A stretch of DNA of 39,501 bases from a virus, in IMG/VR virus record IMGVR_UViG_3300010935_000210, positions 1 through 39,501 of that record; one strand, written 5' to 3'. Positions 8,648 through 15,349 of this stretch are shown in pieces (position 1 is the first letter of the stretch; every line of letters starts with the position of its first letter). The notes beneath the pieces are model-generated. The model had not been told where the DNA came from, searched no databases, and worked only from the letters and a program-made list of their open reading frames with translations. The translations under genes were made by a program, and so were the position numbers.

Positions 8648-8697
8648 GTTGACTGTTAATCAATTGGTCGTAGGTTCGATCCCTACCGCCGGAGCCA
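8648..8697 (+). other. attP core: 3' portion of a tRNA-Asn(GUU) (anticodon arm to CCA), not a complete tRNA
   Basis: gttga-CTGTTAA-tcaat is an anticodon stem-loop with anticodon GTT. GTAGG-TTCGATC-CCTAC is a T-arm. CGCCGGA-G-CCA is the acceptor 3' strand with discriminator and CCA. No matching 5' acceptor strand or D-arm lies upstream. Confidence 0.7.
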
Positions 8698-8777
8698 TAA
8701 CTGCCTAGAAAGATTAGGTTTTTATGGCGACACATTCCCCGCCGTCCGCGCGTCCGCGACCGTCCACGGCGGACGGT

Positions 8778-9164
8778 TTAGTCCCAATAGATCACAACGC
8801 CTTCAAACGGCAAGCCATGGATCTGTTGAAACCAGCTTGCCATATCCATAAAGCTGTCAAAACCATCGGCTTCAGCAAATTCATTGTCGGTTTGTTCGCT
8901 GTCACGATGATCAATGGACATCGGAAGCAGGCGACCTTTTATGTACATGCGCGTGCCCTCAATCCTAATGGCAGCCACCCTTGTAACAGTGGCGCTGCGG
9001 AGCAGGCGGCAAGATTTGGAGCGCATCCCGATGTAAAGTTTAATCGTATCGCCAACCTTGCAGTGAAGACGGCCGTCTTTGCGATGGGCGCGCACGGTTT
9101 GCTTTTTGAAACCATTTTCGACATCATCCGCAAATTGCTTTTTGAAATTCAGCGCTGGCATCAT
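8778..9164 (-). CDS. ASCH (PUA-like) domain protein
   Basis: FKKQTVRAHRKDGRLHCKVGDTIKLY matches the ASCH K-x-x-E/T-x-R ... GD pattern. Last gene of the int-coupled cassette (ATGA overlap at 9161-9164). Confidence 0.6.
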   Translation of the reverse strand: MMPALNFKKQFADDVENGFKKQTVRAHRKDGRLHCKVGDTIKLYIGMRSKSCRLLRSATVTRVAAIRIEGTRMYIKGRLLPMSIDHRDSEQTDNEFAEADGFDSFMDMASWFQQIHGLPFEGVVIYWD

Positions 9165-9385
9165 TCCCCCACTTCAAGGCTGACCGGCGGATGGGCTGAT
9201 CCCATCACCCACAGATAGACGGACGCGCCACTGTTGAGCCTGGCCAGTTCGGCAGGCGTGGGTTCCCAGGCTGTGAGCATGACGGGATCACCGTCAGCTG
9301 TGGTGGCATCGAGAATGGCAAGGCTTTTGTAGCCTTGCGATTTGCCGATGCGACGGGTGGCGTTTTCTATGGCTAGAGGGATCAT
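9161..9385 (-). CDS. Hypothetical protein (74 aa)
   Basis: The internal ATG at 9385 forms an ATGA overlap with the DHH gene stop. The longer N-terminal extension overlaps the DHH gene and is Arg-rich junk. Confidence 0.5.
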   Translation of the reverse strand: MIPLAIENATRRIGKSQGYKSLAILDATTADGDPVMLTAWEPTPAELARLNSGASVYLWVMGSAHPPVSLEVGE

Positions 9386-10248
9386 GGCTTGCCTCCATTC
9401 ACGACACGAAACCCTGCGGCATTGCGGTGCCCGCCGCCGCCGTTTGCTTTGGCGATATCGGCCACGTCCATTCGGTCGTCCATTGATCGGAGAGAGTATG
9501 TTGTCCCATCGTAAGACCGGACAACACAAGCGGCGAAAGGGGCGGTTGGGTTGCGTTGCAGAAGTTCATGGGCAACCTCTGAGACGAAATCATAAGAGCA
9601 AGATGCGACAGGAACGTCATATCCAGCGATGCTTTCAACAAAGGCGGTGTCGCAAATGTTCTTGACAATCATATCCACATACCGGCGGATTATGACGCCC
9701 TCATTCGCCAGCCTTTCGGCGGTGAACATATCCCACAACTCGAAATCTCTCGGCATTGATCGGATTGCAATACAGATTTCCTTGGTGCCTCTAATAGCAA
9801 ACCGCCAGAGGTCGCGGTCCTCAACAGCGGCAAACCATTCTGGCATTCTCTCGTCGCCAAAGCAGTATTCCCACGCTATGCGACACCCCGACTTGTTCAT
9901 ATCAAAGTGAACCCCGACACCTTCAACCATCCGATCTGCGTAGCGTTTCAAGAATGGCCCGCCAAAGCAGTTCATACGCAGAAAGCCTGACAATTCTGCT
10001 TCGGCAGTCTTGTGGTGATCCAAAACAATAATCCGCTTAGCAGATGCCGCAAGGGTGGCCATGTCATCTTTCTTGTATGAGAAATCAACAATCAGAACAT
10101 CTTTTCCCGCTACATCCGGTAAGTGGCCTTGATATTGAGCAGGAATGAATTTCACTGCATCACCCCAGCGTTTCCAAACTGCGTAGGCGGCTGCAAAACC
10201 ATCATCGCAGTTGTCGTGATAGATGCAGATATCGGGGTGATTGGTCAT
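9382..10248 (-). CDS. DHH/DHHA1-family phosphoesterase (NrnA/NrnB-like, 288 aa)
   Basis: Motifs in the canonical order: YHDNCDDG (motif I), VLIVDFS (II), VLDHHKT (III), VEDRDLW (IV) and GGGGHRNAAGF (DHHA1). RBS aaagga lies 6 nt before ATG 10248. Confidence 0.75.
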   Translation of the reverse strand: MTNHPDICIYHDNCDDGFAAAYAVWKRWGDAVKFIPAQYQGHLPDVAGKDVLIVDFSYKKDDMATLAASAKRIIVLDHHKTAEAELSGFLRMNCFGGPFLKRYADRMVEGVGVHFDMNKSGCRIAWEYCFGDERMPEWFAAVEDRDLWRFAIRGTKEICIAIRSMPRDFELWDMFTAERLANEGVIIRRYVDMIVKNICDTAFVESIAGYDVPVASCSYDFVSEVAHELLQRNPTAPFAACVVRSYDGTTYSLRSMDDRMDVADIAKANGGGGHRNAAGFRVVNGGKP

Positions 10249-10376
10249 GGCTTGTCCTTTCGATTGTGCCGCGTTTCTGCCACCCACAGGACCAACAGGC
10301 CGAGCGGGACAGCCACGATTACGGCGATGATTAGCGCTATGGTTTTTAGCAGGCCGCCTTTTGCGATGATGGCCAT
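10245..10376 (-). CDS. Small membrane protein (43 aa), absent from the ORF track
   Basis: My translation: MAIIAKGGLLKTIALIIAVIVAVPLGLLVLWVAETRHNRKDKP. The start overlaps the upstream stop (TGATG) and the stop overlaps the DHH start (ATGA). Confidence 0.45.
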   Translation of the reverse strand: MAIIAKGGLLKTIALIIAVIVAVPLGLLVLWVAETRHNRKDKP

Positions 10377-10660
10377 CACGCGGCCCCCCCCCGGCATGGG
10401 TTGCACAGGCGGTTGTGGCGGCCTTGGCTAAGGAACGTTTTGGTGCAGGCAAGGCATGGGCGGTGTTCGCGTTTCATGCGCGGTGCGAGGGTGGGCAGGT
10501 TTTGGGCCAGCCACAGTTCAGCGGCTTCGCGGTGGGTGAATATGGGGTCATCGATGTCAGCAGGCAGGCCGACGATTTGAAAGGCGGTGCTGTCAATGCG
10601 GGTGACCATGCGAGCCCAATGGATAGGGAGGCAAGAAAGCGGTTCAACATAATCTTTCAT
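10376..10660 (-). CDS. Zinc-ribbon protein (94 aa)
   Basis: C-terminal CLAC-x13-CNPC four-Cys ribbon. ATGA-coupled to the upstream gene. Confidence 0.55.
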   Translation of the reverse strand: MKDYVEPLSCLPIHWARMVTRIDSTAFQIVGLPADIDDPIFTHREAAELWLAQNLPTLAPRMKREHRPCLACTKTFLSQGRHNRLCNPCRGGAA

Positions 10661-10860
10661 AGCATAACCTTAACCACTTGAAGCGGTGGAAAATCATCAC
10701 CCTCATAAATCTCTCGAAAGTATGCACCCAATGCGCTCTCTGACATTCCGCTATCAAGTATGCCTAGTGCCTTTTTGCAATCCTTTATATCGGTTGTAAT
10801 AAAGCCCTCCGATTTTCCGACGTTCCACGCGATAAAATAATCTGGCTTTGTGTCACTCAT
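10657..10860 (-). CDS. Hypothetical protein (67 aa), low-GC
   Basis: ATGA overlap with the integrase stop (10857-10860). Visibly AT-richer than its neighbours. Confidence 0.5.
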   Translation of the reverse strand: MSDTKPDYFIAWNVGKSEGFITTDIKDCKKALGILDSGMSESALGAYFREIYEGDDFPPLQVVKVML

Positions 10861-12071
10861 TTTGCCTGTTCCTTTTTTTCTGTTTGTTGGGGGCGCTGCA
10901 CGGCCAGAATGGCGCGGCGGGCGGTTTCAAAGCTTGCGGGCATGTAGGTTTGCCGCAGGCTGGGATTGGTGGCGGCGCTGTTGCCGAGCGCATCGCCTGT
11001 GTCGTCATCGCTGGCCCCAGCTGCGCGGGCGAGGCGCGAGAAGCTGGACCGAAGATCACGGAATTTCAGGGTGGTGATCGATGGGATGCGCCGCGCAGCC
11101 AGCGCGCGGGCCTTGGCCCAGCGTTTGGCGAACAGATCCACGGAATAGGGTTGACCCGTCGCCTCGTCCAGGATCAGGGCCGTGTCCGCAGTGCGCGGGG
11201 CATCGGCTGTGCCTGTTTGGGCCAGCGTCAGGCGCAGCAAGGGGAGGACATCGGGGTGGACGGGTAGGATGGCAAAGCGGTTGTTTTTGGACCGCAGCAA
11301 GGTCCATGTCCATTCTGGGCGCGCCTGCCCTGTGCCGGGATCGGTTCTGTCCAGCAGGCGGAATGCCCCGCGCGTTGCCTCGATCACGTCAGTTTGGCGC
11401 TGGCCCTGGAACAATGACAGATGGATGGCCAGCACCAAGCTGGAAAAGCCCAGGGCATCGGCTGCCTCGATCACGGCCTCTATTTCATCCCATGTGGCCA
11501 GCCGGTCGCGCGGGGCAGGGGTTTTGATTTTCAGGCGCAGGCAGGGGTTGGAATTTTCAGGCCGCCAGCCCAGTGTTTCGGCATGTTCAAACAGGATGGA
11601 GACTTGGCGGATCAAGGCTTGGGCCATGCGCGGGCTTTTTTCGCGGTAGAGCGATTGGTACCAGGCGGCCATGGTGGCCTTGTCAAATGCGGCCACCCGT
11701 TGCGGGCCCCATTTATCGTCGATCTGGAGCATCAACTTGCGGTAGCTGGTTTGGGTGGCAGGCCGCGTATTTTCGGTAAAGTGGACCGAGCGGGAATAAT
11801 CGGCAATCAAATCCGAGATCAGGCGCCCGGATTTGCGCAGGCCTGCGTCGCGGGTGCCGCTTTCATGGGCCGTGTCTAGTTGTTTGTTCAGGCGCTTTGC
11901 CTCGGTCACTGACCAGTTGATCCGGGCGGCATCAAGTTCCACCACATCAAACCCCAGCGCGCGATCGGTGGGCCGCGGTTCCCACCAAATCCGCCAATCG
12001 CCACCGGCGCGCAGGCGTTGGCGCAGGCGTGGGGGCGCATCACCGATGGGTGGGCGAGGTTTGCGGGTCAT
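10857..12071 (-). CDS. int: Tyrosine integrase (divergent active-site signature)
   Basis: Tyrosine recombinase layout: FQGQRQTDV (Arg I), KFRDLRSSF (the H-x-x-R box, here R-x-x-R), LGNS...LRQTYMP (the LGH...Y box, here with Asn). About 400 aa, next to an Xis-like gene, with a tRNA-derived attP in the genome. Confidence 0.8.
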   Translation of the reverse strand: MTRKPRPPIGDAPPRLRQRLRAGGDWRIWWEPRPTDRALGFDVVELDAARINWSVTEAKRLNKQLDTAHESGTRDAGLRKSGRLISDLIADYSRSVHFTENTRPATQTSYRKLMLQIDDKWGPQRVAAFDKATMAAWYQSLYREKSPRMAQALIRQVSILFEHAETLGWRPENSNPCLRLKIKTPAPRDRLATWDEIEAVIEAADALGFSSLVLAIHLSLFQGQRQTDVIEATRGAFRLLDRTDPGTGQARPEWTWTLLRSKNNRFAILPVHPDVLPLLRLTLAQTGTADAPRTADTALILDEATGQPYSVDLFAKRWAKARALAARRIPSITTLKFRDLRSSFSRLARAAGASDDDTGDALGNSAATNPSLRQTYMPASFETARRAILAVQRPQQTEKKEQAK

Positions 12072-12089
12072 GTTGGGATACCTTTGATT

Positions 12090-12320
12090 TTAGTCTTTGG
12101 GGAAATAGCGATAAACGCTGACCCGGTGTTTTTTGAGACCGAGCAGGCGCAGCATTGGTTCGCTGACACGGTTACGGCCATGAAGAACATTAGAGAGGCG
12201 GGGTGGCTTTACATTCAAAAGAGCGGCAAGTTGCATTTTCCCGCCCAGTTCATCGCATTTGGCTAATAAAAGCTTAATCACTTGTGCTTCAGTAAGCCCC
12301 TTGTCGTCAGGCTGTTTCAT
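12090..12320 (-). CDS. Small HTH DNA-binding protein (76 aa)
   Basis: MQLAALLNVKPPRLSNVLHG resembles an XRE/Cro-type helix-turn-helix. Lies immediately upstream of int. Confidence 0.5.
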   Translation of the reverse strand: MKQPDDKGLTEAQVIKLLLAKCDELGGKMQLAALLNVKPPRLSNVLHGRNRVSEPMLRLLGLKKHRVSVYRYFPKD

Positions 12321-12589
12321 GCTGTTCTCGCGAGTTCCATCAGCACCACGTTTTTGCCCATGGGGCGGGGCGGCAGCGCGGCAGTCATTGCGCGGGGCAG
12401 GCCTTGTTCAGCCAGCCACGCGGCCACGGCATCGCTGCGCCAGCGCATCGGGCGGCGGCTGGTGGGCATTGGCGTGGGGAAATCGCGGTCTGTTTCCAGA
12501 CCGTCCCGGTGCCGCAAAAAGGTGGCGGTGCTGTCATAGCCGATCATTTTGGCCACGTCATCGGCGGTGATAAAAGGTTTCATGGTCAT
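12317..12589 (-). CDS. AlpA/excisionase-like HTH protein
   Basis: ITADDVAKMIGYDSTATFLRHR...PTPMPTSRRPMRWRSDAVAAWL matches the AlpA/Xis MerR-like pattern (HTH, then R-W-x-x-x-V-x-x-W). The start is ATG 12589 (ATGA) or 12583. Confidence 0.55.
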   Translation of the reverse strand: MTMKPFITADDVAKMIGYDSTATFLRHRDGLETDRDFPTPMPTSRRPMRWRSDAVAAWLAEQGLPRAMTAALPPRPMGKNVVLMELARTA

Positions 12590-12774
12590 TCCCCTTGGCG
12601 CCGGTCGCCCAAGTAGGCCCACCGCGCGGCACTGATTTGGAAATCATCTTGGGTTTCGGGGGGCATATCGCGGGCCTGCTTCCGTAGGTTCCACAATCCG
12701 ACGGCTATGGTCGCCGCGACTGCCACCAGAACGGCCACGACAGTGATCAAAAAAAGCGTGTAGGGATCAAGCAT
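12586..12774 (-). CDS. Small single-pass membrane protein (62 aa)
   Basis: TM segment LFLITVVAVLVAVAATIAVGLW. RBS gaaagg upstream. Confidence 0.45.
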   Translation of the reverse strand: MLDPYTLFLITVVAVLVAVAATIAVGLWNLRKQARDMPPETQDDFQISAARWAYLGDRRQGE

Positions 12775-12873
12775 CGGTTTTGCCTTTCGTTGGTCCAGCG
12801 TGTCGCCTGCCGCCGGACAATGATTTGGGGGGTGGCGGCGAGCAGCACACCACGGGCGACCCCCGGCAGCACC

Positions 12874-13152
12874 CTAGCCAGCCTTGCGGGCGGCTGTGGT
12901 GATGGGAATGACGTTGTGTGCGGGTGCGATCGGCACGGGTTCTTTGCCCATTGTCAGGGCCAAGGCTTCGGCGCAGCTGCGCACCATTTTGCCGCCGTGG
13001 CGCATCATCTGGCTGCGCGGGATCATATCTTGCGGCCCGCCAAGGCTGACGCCGTTGCGTTCAATCTGGCTGCCCCAGCGCATCAGGCAGGCCAGCGCCA
13101 TGTTGAAGCCAAGCAGCTGGTCTGCGTTCATTGGGCGATCTGGGAGGGTCAT
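12874..13152 (-). CDS. Hypothetical early protein (92 aa)
   Basis: ATG 13152 forms an ATGA overlap with the upstream gene stop. Confidence 0.5.
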   Translation of the reverse strand: MTLPDRPMNADQLLGFNMALACLMRWGSQIERNGVSLGGPQDMIPRSQMMRHGGKMVRSCAEALALTMGKEPVPIAPAHNVIPITTAARKAG

Positions 13153-13409
13153 AGCTTGCCCCCCGGAAATGCCCAATCGGACCATTTTTCGAGGGCAGCC
13201 AGTGCGTCTGCATCATTGGCCGCTTCGGGGATGCCTGGTACAAGCAAGGTTTTCCCATCATATGCATGGCGGGCCCTTACTTCGATTGCCGCAAGCAACT
13301 TAGCGGTAGATTTTCTGGTTGAAACAAATGGAATTGCGCCATCGGGCACTGTGTCTTTGTGGCTTGCGATGTCTATTACACCACCCCTAAAGCAATATGC
13401 TGTTGGCAT
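13149..13409 (-). CDS. Hypothetical early protein (86 aa)
   Basis: ORF coupled at both ends within the leftward operon. Confidence 0.5.
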   Translation of the reverse strand: MPTAYCFRGGVIDIASHKDTVPDGAIPFVSTRKSTAKLLAAIEVRARHAYDGKTLLVPGIPEAANDADALAALEKWSDWAFPGGKL

Positions 13410-13651
13410 CAGCGCACCGCCGCCAGCTGGATGACGTTGCCTGCCTCGATGGTGATGCCGTGGGCAGCCATGAAGGCGCGGCGCTGGCCGAGTTCATCCA
13501 GCAAGGGGCCAATGACGGACAGCAGCCATTCACATTCAGCCTCGGTTGCCAGTGATTTGGGGGCATCATGGGCCACGCGGGTTAGCTGCGACAGCAGCCG
13601 GTCATCGATGGGCATGGGGCGGGCGTTGGGAACGACATAGGCGTAGGACAT
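13409..13651 (-). CDS. Hypothetical early protein (80 aa), first gene of the leftward operon
   Basis: RBS gaggag lies 8 nt before ATG 13651. Preceded by a promoter-like AT-rich region. Confidence 0.5.
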   Translation of the reverse strand: MSYAYVVPNARPMPIDDRLLSQLTRVAHDAPKSLATEAECEWLLSVIGPLLDELGQRRAFMAAHGITIEAGNVIQLAAVR

Positions 13652-13686
13652 TGGGGGATACTCCTCTGTGCAGTTGATCTGCACTT

Positions 13687-13752
13687 AGTTAGGAGTTAGC
13701 ACCTGTAACTGTCAACTATAAAATATAGATAAACTATCTTTAGTGATAGTTT
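13687..13752 (-). promoter_or_regulatory. Leftward early promoter with operator-like palindromes
   Basis: On the minus strand: TTGACA (13715-13710), a 17-nt spacer, then CTAACT (13692-13687). Upstream lie CTATAAAATATAG (13716-13728) and AAACTATC-N6-GATAGTTT (13731-13752). Confidence 0.5.
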
Positions 13753-13767
13753 CTGGCTTTCACAGGT

Positions 13768-13959
13768 CTATTTGCGGCGCGCTTTCCAAAGCATCCAAAG
13801 AATAATCACCGTATAGAAAAAGCCAAAAGTAACCAAAAGGCCGAGCAGCGCAGATGAGCTTGACCACCTCGCCAGTCCGTCATCAAGAGCCAGCCCAATA
13901 ACTCCCAACAGCATCAGCAAGGCTGTAATCAGAAATGCCTCCGTAGCCTTTTCCTTCAT
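13768..13959 (-). CDS. Small 2-TM membrane protein co-oriented downstream of the repressor (63 aa)
   Basis: Two hydrophobic helices (FLITALLMLLGVIGLAL, LLGLLVTFGFFYTVIILWMLW). ATGA-type overlap with the repressor stop. Low GC. Confidence 0.5.
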   Translation of the reverse strand: MKEKATEAFLITALLMLLGVIGLALDDGLARWSSSSALLGLLVTFGFFYTVIILWMLWKARRK

Positions 13960-14579
13960 TGTGTTCTCCAGCTGGCAATTACTTTGCCTCTTATTGCAAC
14001 GTTATCACCGTCCACGACAAAAACCCTTCCATCTTCAGGCCGCGCGCTTGCTGAAATCAACACTGGTGGCTCAAACCGGCGCAGTATGGTGGTGGCTGTG
14101 CCGTTTCGTTGATAGGCTTGCGCAATGACAACATCGCCAGGTCTCACCCGCTCTGATTGATGTGTGTCAATTAGCATAAAATCCCCTTCTAAAAGGCCCG
14201 CCAATGCCATGACTTGCGATTTTACATGCCACAAATCTACACCCGGGCGACTGGCCCCCAAAGCCTTGGCAATTAGGCCCACCAAATCTGACTGCGCTGG
14301 TGGTGGATAAAAGGGTGCTGCATCGCTTTCTGCAAACCCTGGCATTAATTGATGGGTCGTTTCTTTGGTCGCCACCCCTGCCTTTTCCAGTACCGTGGCG
14401 ATTGGAACTTGCAGTACTTCAGCAAAAGCTTCTGCCCATTCCAGCGTCATGCGCTGTCTGCCGGTCAAAATGTGAGAAACGTTTGCACGAGTGCGTCCCA
14501 TGCGGTTTGCAATATCTTCGGCAGTCACGCCGACACGTTTTTGTTGTTGTTTGAACCATTTGTCATCCATCGGTGACAC
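13956..14579 (-). CDS. CI/LexA-like repressor (HTH_XRE + S24 peptidase-like C-terminal domain)
   Basis: The N-terminus VGVTAEDIANRMGRTRANVSHILTGRQ is an HTH. The C-terminus GDFMLIDTHQSERVRPGDVVIA...NVAIRGKVI resembles the S24 fold. Divergent from a cro-like gene across an AT-rich operator region. Confidence 0.75.
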   Translation of the reverse strand: MSPMDDKWFKQQQKRVGVTAEDIANRMGRTRANVSHILTGRQRMTLEWAEAFAEVLQVPIATVLEKAGVATKETTHQLMPGFAESDAAPFYPPPAQSDLVGLIAKALGASRPGVDLWHVKSQVMALAGLLEGDFMLIDTHQSERVRPGDVVIAQAYQRNGTATTILRRFEPPVLISASARPEDGRVFVVDGDNVAIRGKVIASWRTQ

Positions 14580-14593
14580 ATAGTCATGCTGCG

Positions 14594-14649
14594 AGTATTT
14601 TTAATGATGGAAATACTATAAAAAATAGCTTGCGCAGTATGATTGCTAT
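14594..14649. promoter_or_regulatory. Divergent immunity-region operators
   Basis: AGTATTT-N10-AAATACT (14594-14617). CTATAAAAAATAG (14616-14628) is a 12/13 match to 13716-13728. ATAGC-N15-GCTAT (14625-14649). Confidence 0.5.
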
Positions 14650-14666
14650 CATCTACATCTAGCGTC

Positions 14667-14957
14667 ATGGCACATAACCTTACACCATTTCAGGTATGCG
14701 AGCGGATGATCGGCAGGCCCGAGCAAATCGCCGTTGCCGCAGGCTGCAAAGAAAAAGCAGCATATCATTGGCGGCGCGAACGCACTGGCCGCGCCGCTGG
14801 CGACCTTCCATCAGCGGGCGTGATGCGCAACTTGCTGGCCCATGCCAGCGCCCGAAACATTCCGTTGACAGCTGATCATCTGATCTGGGGTGCATCCGCG
14901 TCCGAGGTTGATGCGCTGTTGGCGCGCGCCTCTTCGCAGCCGGTGGCTGCGGAGTGA
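14667..14957 (+). CDS. Cro-like / early regulator (96 aa)
   Basis: First rightward gene opposite the repressor. ATG 14667 is preferred over the TTG 14643 used in the track. Confidence 0.45.
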   Translation: MAHNLTPFQVCERMIGRPEQIAVAAGCKEKAAYHWRRERTGRAAGDLPSAGVMRNLLAHASARNIPLTADHLIWGASASEVDALLARASSQPVAAE

Positions 14958-15006
14958 TACAGTTTGCCGCCCCCAAAACCGCCTGCATTGGATCGGGGGC
15001 CACTTT

Positions 15007-15055
15007 GGCGGGGATTTTGGCCAACAGGTTTGGCCCTGCCCCGCCACCTTTTATT
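15007..15055 (+). terminator. Intrinsic-terminator-like compound hairpin after the cro-like gene
   Basis: GGCGGGG(15007-13) atttt GGCCAA caggt TTGGCC ctg CCCCGCC(15039-45), followed by ACCTTTTATT. Lies between the stop at 14957 and the RBS at 15057. Confidence 0.45.
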
Positions 15056-15067
15056 CTGGAGGTTGCT

Positions 15068-15349
15068 ATGATTGGACCTGCCTTGCTTGCCGCCCAGTCG
15101 GTTTCGATGCGCGCCCGGATCGGTGGGCTTAAGGCGCATGAAGTCGATGACATGCGCACCCGTGCCGAGGAGCTGCTGGACCGCCGCGACCAGTTGCGCG
15201 CCGCGATCTTTGAATTTCACACGATGTTTCAGCTAACGCCCCGCGCTGGCCCCGAATTAGTCGAGTTGGGCGAGGAGCTGGGCCGCGCTGTCGATCGGGT
15301 GTTGCGCGTGGATGCGCCCGATGCAGGGAGGGCCGACATTCATGGCTAA
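15068..15349 (+). CDS. Hypothetical early protein (93 aa)
   Basis: RBS ggagg lies 6 nt before ATG 15068. The upstream part of track ORF 14954 overlaps the hairpin and is not credible. Confidence 0.45.
   Translation: MIGPALLAAQSVSMRARIGGLKAHEVDDMRTRAEELLDRRDQLRAAIFEFHTMFQLTPRAGPELVELGEELGRAVDRVLRVDAPDAGRADIHG

Noticed and set aside
8622-8697. Possible complete tRNA gene
   Set aside because: Only the anticodon arm, T-arm and acceptor 3' strand are present. The sequence where the 5' acceptor strand and D-arm should be (aatgttttgttttaattg...) cannot pair with CGCCGGA. It is interpreted as the attP core.
8724-9218. 164-aa plus-strand ORF starting just after attP
   Set aside because: It is antisense to the ASCH gene, which has a clear domain signature and ATGA coupling. 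It would also run against the direction of the whole minus-strand operon.
9382-10452. Long form (356 aa) of the DHH ORF given in the track
   Set aside because: The first 68 codons are Arg/His/Pro-rich and overlap a better-supported 43-aa membrane ORF and the Zn-ribbon gene end. ATG 10248 has an AGGA RBS and begins right at DHH motif I.
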